Source: an uncultured bacterium (lineage in GTDB: Bacteria; Bdellovibrionota_G; JALEGL01; DATDPG01). Taken from it: 64,000 nucleotides of DNA. The notes beneath the pieces were generated by a model. It was not told the DNA's origin, did not search any database, and saw only the letters and a list, made by a program, of their open reading frames with translations. The stretch spans positions 5,103 through 69,102 of the forward strand of contig CAYNHQ010000005.1 of assembly GCA_964397255.1 (NCBI GenBank). Reading direction: 5' to 3'. The translations under genes and the position numbers were made by a program. Every line of letters begins with the position of its first letter. Position 1 is the first letter of the stretch. This document shows positions 38,334 to 47,796 of the stretch, piece by piece.

Positions 38334-41018
38334 GTGGAGCGAAGCCCATTCGCTACCGCCATGTCGATTTCACGCTCACTTTTTCTCTTTTTTTTTCTTT
38401 TTTCGTTTTTGGCAAGAGCTGAAGAAGACGGCCTCGTTCGAAATTATTTTATTCGTGCGGATTTTCACAATCTTTCCAGCCGTCGTTACTCCATTGACCT
38501 TCGTTTGGATCTCACCTCTCGCCTGAAAGTTCCGCTCTCTGAAATTACGTTTGTTGCCTATCCCAACCGATTTAAAGAAGAGCTTCCCCATTTAAATGAC
38601 CTCAATTATCGGCGGATTTATCCCGATGGTTTTTCTCCTGGTGGGATCGACTGGGATTTGATCCTGCCAGAAGATGCGATCCAAATTGAAAAGCCGGGGT
38701 TTCCCCATGAAACGTTCTTTAAAATTGATCTTCGGCGCAAGCCCATTATGCCGGGAGAGACGAGGACGATTCATCTCCAGTATCGGCTTAAAATTCCTGA
38801 AAAATTTGGGGCGTATGGATTTTATAAATCCGTACTTTCACTCTCCGGAGGATGGTATCCCTATGTTCCGGCCTACAACCTGGAAGGCGAACCGCAACTC
38901 GATTCTTTTCCTCCCGCGGCCCATTGGAATATTTCTGTGGAACCCAAAAATGAGGCGATTGTGGGGAATGATCCCAATGAATTGCATTCAGAGGTCAGCC
39001 TTTTTGTTTCTCCCAAAATTCAGGAAGAAAAAATGGCGGGAAGAAATTGGGCCATTCGCGTGATTGCGCCGAATAAAAATGAAGAAACGGTGCGCCCTTT
39101 ACGTGAATTGGCCATTCGTTGGCTCGAATTCCTGGAGCGCCAACCGGAATTTTCTTCGAAGCCGAGGGAGCTCACGGTCGTTCTCGCGCCCCTTCGGAAT
39201 TCACTTGCCGCATTCGGCGACGGCCTTCTCTACGTTTCCGATCGCGCCTTTCACGTTAATCAGGCTCTCGAGCAATACCATACCGTTCCCGTCCTGAAGG
39301 GGCTTTTTTACGAAGCTCTGCTTCCCCAAGTCCTAAAGCGTGAATCGACTCAGGATTATCATTGGGTCGCCGAGGCGTTGGCTTGGAAATGGACTGAGCG
39401 GTTGATGAAAGAACAAAATTACGCCAACCTCGATGCGCGAACGCTAAAACCCATTCAGATTTTCAGTTTTCTCCCAACGATCGACCAGATGATTTATGCC
39501 CCACAATTCGCTTACGTGGATACCTTCTTTGATGCAATTTATGCCGAAGATCCGGTTCGAGATGATCCGCTCACATTCAATCATCAGATTCCGAACGGGC
39601 GCGCCATTTTCGCGCATTTGGAAGATGAGGTGGGAATGGAAGTCGCCGATCATGCGGTCGATGCGTATGCAAATGAATCGACCAAATCGTTTCGACAGGT
39701 GGCTCAAGAGGTTTCAAATCGACCGCTCGAGGAAAGGTTCAAGAGCTGGGTGGCGCCGCGTCCGCCCGTGAACTACCTTTTGGCTGGGCAGTCCTCGCGC
39801 CGGATTCCGAACGGGTATGAGAATGAAGTGACGATTCGGCGGGAATCCCCCAATGACTTTCATGAACCCGTGGAGTTGACGGCAAAGAGTACTTCCGATG
39901 AAAGAATTTTTTTAAAGTGGGATGGAATCGGAACAGAACACACGTATCAATTCCGCACGAAAAATCCGGTTACTTTGGTCGAGATCGATCCGCGAGGCCG
40001 ACTCCTTGAAACCGATTTGGCCGACAATCGCGATCCCCCACGTTACAAATTGGTCTTGACCAATTTCTATCTAAATTACGATTTCAATACGAATGAACCT
40101 GAAGTACTGGCTTCCACCACATTTCGTAGGGCCTATGGAGGAAGAAACCGATACACGCTCAGTGCGTTTCGGTTTCAAGACAGCTATGGAGGTGATTTCG
40201 GTTATACGCGCCTCTTCGGTCGGCTGGTCGACCGGTTGCGTTTAAGTCACGGGCTTGGCTTCGACGTCGGATTTAATCGATGGAATGAAGATGATGCCGT
40301 ATCCACGGATCCAGCGACAGGGAATCCCGTTCTTGTGCCGATCAGCCCGGAGCTGACCACGGCTTCGCTGAATGCGACGTATTTCACAGGGAATCAGCTT
40401 TCACTGACGAATCCATTGGAAGGGGGAGGTTCGAGTCTTTCGGCGACTTGGGGTAAGGAGATTCAGGGGGGCGACACTAATTATTATCTTGTGAATCAGG
40501 GGGCCAGCTGGATTTTTCGTCTCCATCCGAGTCATTTGTTGGCGTTTCGTGAGTTTATAGGGACGTCCGGCCCTGACGATATTCCGAGCCGAGTGCAGTA
40601 TAGTTTGGGAGGCATCGGGGGAATTCGGGGTCTACCCGCCAGCGACGATCGTTTCCAGGGGCGAAACATTCTTCTTGTAAGCGGGGAGTACCGGCATTTC
40701 CTTATGCAACATATCGACCTTAATTTTTGGCTCTTTCGGCTCCGCGATATTCAAGGGGCCCTATTTAGCGATGCGGGAAATGTCACAGACACGGTCCAAG
40801 AAAAGGCCGACGAAATCGTTTCCGGAGTTCCAAAGGAAACCGGTTTCGGCGAACTTTTCGACGTCACTTCGTTTTCAACCGATTTCGGTTACTCCATCCA
40901 TTTTTTGGTGGATTACCTGGGTGTAAACCCCGGCCTTCTCCGCTTCGATATCGCCAAAAGTATCTCCGAATGGGACGAAGGCGTCCGCTTCTACTTCGGC
41001 GTCACGCAAAGTTTCTAG
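38334..41018 (+). CDS. Outer-membrane protein: M1-aminopeptidase-like N-terminal region fused to an Omp85/BamA-type barrel
   Basis: Signal peptide; GGWYP, WVAEALA, WV..PPVNY and EIDPRGRLLE (M1-like features) but no HExxH; barrel GGIRG..GEYR..LFSDAG..DFG..RFD..FYFGVTQSF. Start 38334 or 38361. Confidence 0.65.
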   Translation: MERSPFATAMSISRSLFLFFFLFSFLARAEEDGLVRNYFIRADFHNLSSRRYSIDLRLDLTSRLKVPLSEITFVAYPNRFKEELPHLNDLNYRRIYPDGFSPGGIDWDLILPEDAIQIEKPGFPHETFFKIDLRRKPIMPGETRTIHLQYRLKIPEKFGAYGFYKSVLSLSGGWYPYVPAYNLEGEPQLDSFPPAAHWNISVEPKNEAIVGNDPNELHSEVSLFVSPKIQEEKMAGRNWAIRVIAPNKNEETVRPLRELAIRWLEFLERQPEFSSKPRELTVVLAPLRNSLAAFGDGLLYVSDRAFHVNQALEQYHTVPVLKGLFYEALLPQVLKRESTQDYHWVAEALAWKWTERLMKEQNYANLDARTLKPIQIFSFLPTIDQMIYAPQFAYVDTFFDAIYAEDPVRDDPLTFNHQIPNGRAIFAHLEDEVGMEVADHAVDAYANESTKSFRQVAQEVSNRPLEERFKSWVAPRPPVNYLLAGQSSRRIPNGYENEVTIRRESPNDFHEPVELTAKSTSDERIFLKWDGIGTEHTYQFRTKNPVTLVEIDPRGRLLETDLADNRDPPRYKLVLTNFYLNYDFNTNEPEVLASTTFRRAYGGRNRYTLSAFRFQDSYGGDFGYTRLFGRLVDRLRLSHGLGFDVGFNRWNEDDAVSTDPATGNPVLVPISPELTTASLNATYFTGNQLSLTNPLEGGGSSLSATWGKEIQGGDTNYYLVNQGASWIFRLHPSHLLAFREFIGTSGPDDIPSRVQYSLGGIGGIRGLPASDDRFQGRNILLVSGEYRHFLMQHIDLNFWLFRLRDIQGALFSDAGNVTDTVQEKADEIVSGVPKETGFGELFDVTSFSTDFGYSIHFLVDYLGVNPGLLRFDIAKSISEWDEGVRFYFGVTQSF

Positions 41019-41030
41019 TTTTTCGTCCCG

Positions 41031-41687
41031 TTATAGGGGTTGCGGGACGATGCGGATGTAGGGCTTGGGGGAAGTCCAGCCGTTTGGATAGAGTTCCTTT
41101 GCCTCGGTATCCGAAATGGCGGGAACGATGATTACGCTCTGGCCCGCTTTCCAATTAACCGGCGTGGCTACACGATGTTTCGCCGTCAGTTGGCAGGAAT
41201 CCAATAGACGCAATACCTCGTCGAAATTCCGGCCGGTGCTCATCGGATACGTGAGCATGGCTTTGATTTTTTTGTCGGGGCCGATGATGAAAACAGACCG
41301 GACCGTGGCATTGTCGGCCGCGGTTCTGCTGCCCGTGGCGGCCGCTTCCTCCGGAAGCATGTCGTAGGCCTTTGCGACTTCTAAATCCGAGTCGGCAATT
41401 AATGGATAGTCTACTTTATGGCCCTGTGTTTCTTCGATGTCTTTCATCCACTTTTGGTGATCACCTACGGAATCCACGCTAAGGCCGATGATTTTACAAT
41501 TTCGCTTTTGAAATTCGGGCTTGAGTCCCGCCATATATCCGAGTTCGGTCGTGCAGACGGGTGTGAAATCTTTGGGATGCGAGAACAAAATCGCCCAACC
41601 CTGGCCGATCCACTCATGAAAGTTGATCTTACCCTGTGACGTTTCCGCCGTGAAATTGGGGGCCTCGCTGTTAATTCGTAGTGACAT
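41031..41687 (-). CDS. 1-Cys peroxiredoxin (Prx6)
   Basis: FSHPKDFTPVCTTE, YPMSTGRNFDE and ATPVNW. Confidence 0.96.
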   Translation of the reverse strand: MSLRINSEAPNFTAETSQGKINFHEWIGQGWAILFSHPKDFTPVCTTELGYMAGLKPEFQKRNCKIIGLSVDSVGDHQKWMKDIEETQGHKVDYPLIADSDLEVAKAYDMLPEEAAATGSRTAADNATVRSVFIIGPDKKIKAMLTYPMSTGRNFDEVLRLLDSCQLTAKHRVATPVNWKAGQSVIIVPAISDTEAKELYPNGWTSPKPYIRIVPQPL

Positions 41688-41763
41688 CGTTCACCTCCGG
41701 TAGTGAGTTTAGGGGGTTCCCATACACGCTTCAAAAAAGAAGGGCAACTGCTATACTCCCGCC

Positions 41764-42339
41764 ATGGTCCGCCTTTTTCTTACGGCCACTTTAATTGGTT
41801 TATTTATTCCTCTGGGAAGCCGCGCGCAGGGGACGGCCACGCCGGAAACGATCGAAGATCATTTCCGTATTTACATGCTCAATGAAGATCGCCGAAGCTC
41901 CCAAGATAAAATTGTCGTTACGGGGGATGCCAGGCAGGGACAAACGGCGGTCATTTCGTATTGGCGCTCCCTCCAGCAGCGCGACCCCGCGGATGAAATT
42001 TGCAACGCCTATCGCTGGCTCCTTTTGGGACGAGGAACGTACGGCAAAGGCGCCTCGGCCGCGTTTGAGCGATATCCCGCGCTCAGCCGTATTTATCTGC
42101 GGTTTGTCGAAATTGAATCGGGAACAAAAATCGGGAAAAAACGCGCCGAAATTCTTCCTTCCCAAAGGGTCATACCCTATCTCAAAGTGGGCGTAGATCG
42201 TCGGACCCTTCTAAAAAAGAATGTCGATCTCACGCGTGTGAAAGATGAAATCGGCAAGGGAAAATGCGCCGATGTCGGCAACGCTCTCATTGACGACAAA
42301 TGGTTTGATAAAGATTTCCTCGCCAAGGGTAAATCTTGA
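41764..42339 (+). CDS. Hypothetical exported protein
   Basis: Signal peptide ending SRA-Q; TATACT-N6-ATG upstream. Confidence 0.75.
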   Translation: MVRLFLTATLIGLFIPLGSRAQGTATPETIEDHFRIYMLNEDRRSSQDKIVVTGDARQGQTAVISYWRSLQQRDPADEICNAYRWLLLGRGTYGKGASAAFERYPALSRIYLRFVEIESGTKIGKKRAEILPSQRVIPYLKVGVDRRTLLKKNVDLTRVKDEIGKGKCADVGNALIDDKWFDKDFLAKGKS

Positions 42340-42770
42340 TTCATACATTCGCTCTATGCCTCGCGATCATTGTCGCGGGGGCTCCCGCAGTCACGCCAAA
42401 ACCGGCTCCCTTGGGCGAGCCGGACGAGCATGTTGCGTACTGGATGAAAACATTGGAGACCCATCCCACGCCCCTCATCCGCAAAAATGCCGCGCGAGCC
42501 CTGGGATCGCTCAAGGATCCGCGCTCAGTGGCGACACTCATTAAAGCGCTGTCCGACACGGATCCCTCGGTCCGGGGAGAATCGGCCCGGTCGTTAGGGT
42601 ATTTAGGAAATGAAGATTCGATCAAACCTTTAGAGGTCTCCGCCTCGCGAGATCCCGACCCCCGGGTTCGAAGATCCTCCAAAGAAGCGAGCGAGCGGAT
42701 TAAGGCCTATCTCGAATTCCAAAAAAAGAAGCAGGAAAAAGCCGACAAAGCGGAGAAGGCAAAACGTTAA
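42336..42770 (+). CDS. Exported HEAT-repeat protein
   Basis: IRKNAARALG, VRGESARSLG and VRRSSKEA repeats; TTGA coupling to the upstream gene. Confidence 0.85.
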   Translation: MIHTFALCLAIIVAGAPAVTPKPAPLGEPDEHVAYWMKTLETHPTPLIRKNAARALGSLKDPRSVATLIKALSDTDPSVRGESARSLGYLGNEDSIKPLEVSASRDPDPRVRRSSKEASERIKAYLEFQKKKQEKADKAEKAKR

Positions 42771-43678
42771 CCTGGCATCGAACCAATCCTCGCCGGGGAT
42801 TGGATCGTTCCGACTTGGAGCGTGGTGTGGTTGATGGAGAATTTCAGTTTTAATTTTTGGTTGATCTCCGAAACGATTTTTTCGCTTTCCGAAACATCCA
42901 TATTTTTCACCAAAATATGGGCGCTGGCCGCATGGAATCCCGAGGTAATGGTCCACACATGAAGATCGTGAAGGCCTTCCACGCCGACTACCGACCGAAT
43001 CGTTTCGCTCACATCTTCCAGCGACAAATGTGAAGGAGAGGATTCCAAGAGAATATCGGCCGCCTCGCGCAGTAAACGGAAGGCGCTGACGAGGATCAGT
43101 AAAGCAATCAGGCCGCTTAAAGCCGTGTCGACCCACGTCATACCGGTGAAAAAAATGATGATCGCCGCGCCGACGACTCCTACAGAAGAAATGGTATCGG
43201 AAACGACGTGAAGAAATGCGGCTCGCATGGTTAAGTGATGGCGCTGGGAACGTAAAAGAAAAATTGAAATGACATTGACCAAAAGTCCCGCCACGGCGAT
43301 GGGGAACATCAGGCGTAAATTGATTTGGTCGGGTTGTTTTAAACGATGCCAGGCCTCAAAGAAGATTTGAAACGCGACAAAAAGAAGAAGAGCCGCATTG
43401 ATCAGCGAGGCGAGAATTTCGATCCGGTAATAGCCGAAAGTTTTTCTCCGGTCGGCCGGCTTGGTCGCCCAGGCGATGGAGAGTAGACTTAAGCCTAGGG
43501 CAAAGAGATCGGCTAACATATGCCCTGCGTCGGAAACAAGAGCTAGGCTATGGGACAAAACTCCGCCAATGACTTCCGCACCGAAAAGGGCCAAAGTGAG
43601 CGTGCCGGCGATCCGAAGCCGATGCGTCGCGTGGGCACGAGTGTCATGGAGCGGTCCGTGGGAGTGATCGGTCCCCAT
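42767..43678 (-). CDS. czcD: Cation diffusion facilitator (Co/Zn/Cd efflux)
   Basis: SDAGHMLAD, TFGYYRIE, AAFLHVVSD, HDLHVWTI and HTTLQ; His-rich N-terminus starting at ATG 43678. Confidence 0.92.
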   Translation of the reverse strand: MGTDHSHGPLHDTRAHATHRLRIAGTLTLALFGAEVIGGVLSHSLALVSDAGHMLADLFALGLSLLSIAWATKPADRRKTFGYYRIEILASLINAALLLFVAFQIFFEAWHRLKQPDQINLRLMFPIAVAGLLVNVISIFLLRSQRHHLTMRAAFLHVVSDTISSVGVVGAAIIIFFTGMTWVDTALSGLIALLILVSAFRLLREAADILLESSPSHLSLEDVSETIRSVVGVEGLHDLHVWTITSGFHAASAHILVKNMDVSESEKIVSEINQKLKLKFSINHTTLQVGTIQSPARIGSMPG

Positions 43679-43722
43679 GAAAGGGATCCTATCGGAGGAG
43701 CAGGGAAGGAACAATTGGCAAA

Positions 43723-44007
43723 ATGCGTACGATTTTAGACCGCCTGATACGAAAACCGGTGGAAGTTCGTGCCAACGGATTTATTTACCGGGGAACGTTA
43801 ATCGAGGTAACGGAACAGGAATTAACCGTTCGGGGGCCGGCCGGTTTTTTTTCGATCCCCATGGATCGTATCACATCGGTTCATGATCCGAACGAACATG
43901 CGAAAAAGCAGGCAGGTACATTTGTCGATCCCAGCTTTTATTCGGCAGACGTGACGACACCCAAAGCGACGACAGAAGCAAAAAAGGAAGAAGAGAAAAA
44001 AAGTTAA
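43723..44007 (+). CDS. Small hypothetical protein with a possible Sm-like fold
   Basis: KPVEVRANGFIYRGTLIEV..TVRG..SIPMDRITSV beta-strand pattern, followed by a low-complexity tail. Confidence 0.6.
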   Translation: MRTILDRLIRKPVEVRANGFIYRGTLIEVTEQELTVRGPAGFFSIPMDRITSVHDPNEHAKKQAGTFVDPSFYSADVTTPKATTEAKKEEEKKS

Positions 44008-44009
44008 AT

Positions 44010-45074
44010 TTATTTTGCCAAGCGTTCTTCAGCGAGGCGATCTGCAATCGTAGCCGTGGATACTCTCTCTTGCGCGGAGAGAGTCAAAATCTTCTTAATG
44101 GTCTGATAAATTTCTTTCGTTTTTCGCTCGACATCCGCCGACCCATTTCCGAGAATCTCATTCCCAACGCTGATCAACCCACCCGCATTAATGGCAAAGT
44201 CCGGAGCATAGGCGATATTTCGTTGGGCCAGCATTTCTCCGGCGCGAGGAGATGCAAGCTGATTGTTGGCCGCCCCAGCGACTATCTTACACTTCAATTT
44301 CGGAATTGTTTTTTCATTGAGAATTCCTCCCATGGCGCAAGGAGCAAAGATGTCGCTTGGCACGGAGAAAATTTCATCTGGGCCTACGGTTTCCGCTTTT
44401 ACTTCTCGAATCGCCATTTCCAAATGCTCTTGATTTCGATCGGTCACAATCAAATGAGCGCCAGCCGAATGAAGGTGGCGGGCCAGAGGGAGTCCGACAT
44501 GTCCCATTCCCTGAATCGATATTTTTTTCCCCCGGAGCTCCGACGAACCAAAGACAAATTCAGCCGCCGCTCGAATCCCTTCGAAAACGCCCATCGCCGT
44601 GATGGGGGAGGGGTCGCCGCTTCCCCCATTTCTTTTGGAGGCCCCGCCGACATATTTCGTGGAAGCACGAATAATATCCATATCCGCGGGGGAGGTACCC
44701 GAATCTTCGGTCGTGATGTACTTCCCAGCTAATTGATCCACAAATTTTCCAAAGGATCGCAAAAGGGCGTCGGTTTTGCTTTTCGTCGGATCGCCGAAAA
44801 TAATCGATTTTCCCCCACCCAAATTGAGACCCGCGAGAGAGGCCTTGTAGGTCATTGCCTTAGCCAATTTTAAGACATCGGAAAGCCCCGCTTCTTCGGA
44901 TGGATAATCAAAAAATCGGCAGCCTCCCAACGACGGACCCAGTTTTGTACTATGAATGGCGACAATCGAACGAAGACCGACGGACAAATCCTCGCCGAAG
45001 ACGACACGCTCATATCCCGGCGCCGGAATATCTCTCATCTTCAATACATTGGAGCTGGAGGAGGGTGCAGCCAT
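44010..45074 (-). CDS. Leu/Phe/Val dehydrogenase
   Basis: LGGCRF, MTYKAS, GGGKS, EDSGT, GDPS, QGMGHVG and GAANNQL. Confidence 0.95.
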   Translation of the reverse strand: MAAPSSSSNVLKMRDIPAPGYERVVFGEDLSVGLRSIVAIHSTKLGPSLGGCRFFDYPSEEAGLSDVLKLAKAMTYKASLAGLNLGGGKSIIFGDPTKSKTDALLRSFGKFVDQLAGKYITTEDSGTSPADMDIIRASTKYVGGASKRNGGSGDPSPITAMGVFEGIRAAAEFVFGSSELRGKKISIQGMGHVGLPLARHLHSAGAHLIVTDRNQEHLEMAIREVKAETVGPDEIFSVPSDIFAPCAMGGILNEKTIPKLKCKIVAGAANNQLASPRAGEMLAQRNIAYAPDFAINAGGLISVGNEILGNGSADVERKTKEIYQTIKKILTLSAQERVSTATIADRLAEERLAK

Positions 45075-45128
45075 GAAAAGTCGCCGTGTTTTAGAGAATC
45101 GATGAAAGGCCGTCAAGTTCATATGTCC

Positions 45129-45806
45129 TCATGATCGATTAGCCAAGGGCTTATTGGCTACAGAACGTTCGAGCGAACCGAAACCGGCAAAAAGCGAGCC
45201 GGTCAAATAGGGGGTTCCTGCGCCATCGGAGCGACGACGGCGGCGAAGGTAGCTGTTGAGTACCTTCCCTGATTCATCCTGATGCTGGTGAGGGCGCTTC
45301 AGATTCATGACGTATCGATGGATACCCCCATTCACCTGATGAATAAACGTGATCGTTCCATCCGAATCGATGGTTTCGACAATTCCGACATGGGTGAGTC
45401 GATCATTGAGGTGTCGATCTCTATTTCGGTCGTACGTGTTTGAGAAGAAAACGAGATCGCCAATTCCTGGAACTGGATTCTGGTACAGGGAACCGTATCG
45501 CTCATAAAATTGGTGGAGAATCGTGACCCCATTTCCGCGAATCTGAAGCTCGGAAGCCCCGCGAAATACATCGATACCGTTTTGATAAAGAACGGCGCCT
45601 ACCAGTCCGCTGCAATCAAAAGGAAATGTACGATCGGCGACACGCAATTCCCTCGCCTGAACAAAGCTTTCCGCGTCGAGTACGAGCCGGTCACGCCGCT
45701 CCGCTGAAGGAAGCTCATCCCAAGCTACGTTGTGAACTTTCGGCTCGAAATGGCATCCGATCATCAAAAGGAGGATCGGCAACAAAAAACTTCGCTCGCG
45801 GGTCAC
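45129..45806 (-). CDS. NlpC/P60 (CHAP-like) lipoprotein
   Basis: Lipobox MIGC; FDCSGLV, GDLVFF and THVGIV. GTG start at 45806 overlaps the upstream stop (GTGA). Confidence 0.85.
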   Translation of the reverse strand: MTRERSFLLPILLLMIGCHFEPKVHNVAWDELPSAERRDRLVLDAESFVQARELRVADRTFPFDCSGLVGAVLYQNGIDVFRGASELQIRGNGVTILHQFYERYGSLYQNPVPGIGDLVFFSNTYDRNRDRHLNDRLTHVGIVETIDSDGTITFIHQVNGGIHRYVMNLKRPHQHQDESGKVLNSYLRRRRRSDGAGTPYLTGSLFAGFGSLERSVANKPLANRS

Positions 45807-47365
45807 CTGGATCCTCTTCGCAAGGAAAGAATTCGGGCAAAACGCAGATTTCGCGCGATGGCCACCGACGTGGGGTCGATCTCCAACGCTTTTTCGAACC
45901 ACCGAATAGCTTCGTTGTATTGATGGCGATCGGCCCACCATGCGCCGAGGTTATTGTATGCGCTAAGCTCCTTAGGATCCAATCGAATTGCCTCTTCATA
46001 TTCATGGGGGGCGGCAGGATCTCCCAACGCATCGAATGCTCTGCCGAGAACCAAATGGGAGCGCGATGATAACGGGGCGATTCGAACTGACATCACTGCC
46101 ATTCCCCTCGCTTCATTGGCCCGCCCTTGTTCTACCATGAGTAAAGCGAGAGCGTTCATGGCCCTGACATTTCCGGGAGACTCTCGTAAACTTTCCTTCC
46201 AAAGGGAATAGCGATCATTCCAATACGCCGCCCGCACTTCTGTTCTTATCAAAAGACCAATGAGTAAAAGAATTGCAACCACTCGTACTCGTTGTCTACT
46301 GGCGAATTTTTCGAAGACCATCGCACACCCCATAGCCGCTCCGACCAGAGGAAGGTAGGCCCGCGACTCATCCATTGTGATCGGAAGCTGGACGGCAAAG
46401 AAAAGAATGAGTGGCACAAAAAATAGCGTAAGCGGTAGAAACCAGCGTGATTCCCGTATCCAAAGAAAAAGGGACACTATAGCCACGCAAAGAAGACCGA
46501 TCCAAGCTCCCCAAAGATCGGTCGGAGAGATAGTAAAAATCGAGACGACATGATCGACATTGAGGCGCATGGGTAAAAAAGTGAGTCCGGTCATTTTCCA
46601 TAAAACGACCGATTGAACTTTAAAATAATCCCAAGGTGCGATTCTCGCGGGGATCGAGGAAATTCCGGTCAATGGATCCAAGGGTCGGGCGATCCAACCG
46701 AACCAAAATAGAAAATAAGCGAATGAAAGAATGCATGCGCCGAGAAGCGCTTTTCGTCGTTCAGGCGTATGTGCCACTCCCGGCCAACCGTAGACAGCCA
46801 GGAGGAGAATGGGCAAGAGAATCGCATCATCTTTGGAAAGAAACGCGAAGATTCCGCACAAGAGTGTCCACACAACTTTTCGAGTGTCACGAATTTGAAG
46901 AAATGAAAGCATTGCAGACAGGAGAAAAAAAGTGGAAAGCATCCCGCTCCGTTTCCAGACATGAAGGACGGTTTGTGTTTGGAGGGGGTGGATAGCGAAA
47001 AAGAACGCCGCAATAATCGCCACGCTTTTCGATGGGCGCCTCGCCGCTTGGAGAAGTTGAAGAACGAGAAGATACACCAGAATTGTACAGCCCCCGTGAA
47101 GTAGGAAATTGAAAAGCCTATAACTCCAGGGAGAGACACCGCTTAGAGCATAATTGAGTGTTAACGTGGTCATCGTTAATGGGCGCCAACTCCCCGCAAA
47201 TCGCCCCGCAGAGTCAATGGAGGGAGAGAAGAAAAAATGGGGAAGATATTCCCAGCTTCTTAAATAGCCATTCTCAATAATTGTCGGAATGTCATCAAAT
47301 TGAAATGGGGCGAAAAGAAAAGGGAGATATATCGCCACCGCTAATCCGCCGAGGAGCCAAGGCAT
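45803..47365 (-). CDS. GT-C fold membrane protein with C-terminal TPRs (TMTC/DUF1736-like)
   Basis: FQFDD loop, WRPLT, FAIHP.QTQTV, SKDDA, ESRAYLP, W.DRYSLW and TPRs ending AYNNLG. Confidence 0.8.
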   Translation of the reverse strand: MPWLLGGLAVAIYLPFLFAPFQFDDIPTIIENGYLRSWEYLPHFFFSPSIDSAGRFAGSWRPLTMTTLTLNYALSGVSPWSYRLFNFLLHGGCTILVYLLVLQLLQAARRPSKSVAIIAAFFFAIHPLQTQTVLHVWKRSGMLSTFFLLSAMLSFLQIRDTRKVVWTLLCGIFAFLSKDDAILLPILLLAVYGWPGVAHTPERRKALLGACILSFAYFLFWFGWIARPLDPLTGISSIPARIAPWDYFKVQSVVLWKMTGLTFLPMRLNVDHVVSIFTISPTDLWGAWIGLLCVAIVSLFLWIRESRWFLPLTLFFVPLILFFAVQLPITMDESRAYLPLVGAAMGCAMVFEKFASRQRVRVVAILLLIGLLIRTEVRAAYWNDRYSLWKESLRESPGNVRAMNALALLMVEQGRANEARGMAVMSVRIAPLSSRSHLVLGRAFDALGDPAAPHEYEEAIRLDPKELSAYNNLGAWWADRHQYNEAIRWFEKALEIDPTSVAIARNLRFARILSLRRGSR

Positions 47366-47424
47366 TTTTGCATCGTAACTCAGGACGCTTGACTTTCTAA
47401 GCCCGGGGCGCGAAATGGTTGGTT

Positions 47425-47775
47425 ATGCAAGAAGGGGACTGCCTCTTTTGTAAGATTGCGGCACGCCAGATGGAGGCGGATTTGGTTCACGACGATGAAC
47501 AGTCGGTAGCTTTTCGTGACATTAATCCGCAAGCTCCCGTTCACGTATTGATTATCCCGCGCAAGCATATTGAATCATTGGCAACCTCGACGACGGAAGA
47601 TGATTCGCTTCTGGGTTACCTCCTTGCGGTCGCTCGAAAAATCGCTGAATCGGAAAAACTTCCCAAAAATGGTTATCGTGTGGTGGTCAATACGGGAGGT
47701 TATGCGGGACAGACGGTTTCACATCTTCACCTCCACCTCTTAGGCGGGCGGGCTTTTCGCTGGCCTCCGGGGTAA
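47425..47775 (+). CDS. hinT: HIT family nucleotide-binding protein
   Basis: CLFCKI, FRDINPQAPVHVLIIP and GQTVSHLHLHLLGGR. Confidence 0.95.
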   Translation: MQEGDCLFCKIAARQMEADLVHDDEQSVAFRDINPQAPVHVLIIPRKHIESLATSTTEDDSLLGYLLAVARKIAESEKLPKNGYRVVVNTGGYAGQTVSHLHLHLLGGRAFRWPPG

Positions 47776-47796
47776 GTTCCACGCTTTACCCTACCG

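Noticed and set aside
44357-46428. Other TGGCAC (sigma54 -24-like) hits near 44358 and 46412
   Set aside because: They lack a correctly spaced TTGC -12 element and lie antisense inside coding regions.
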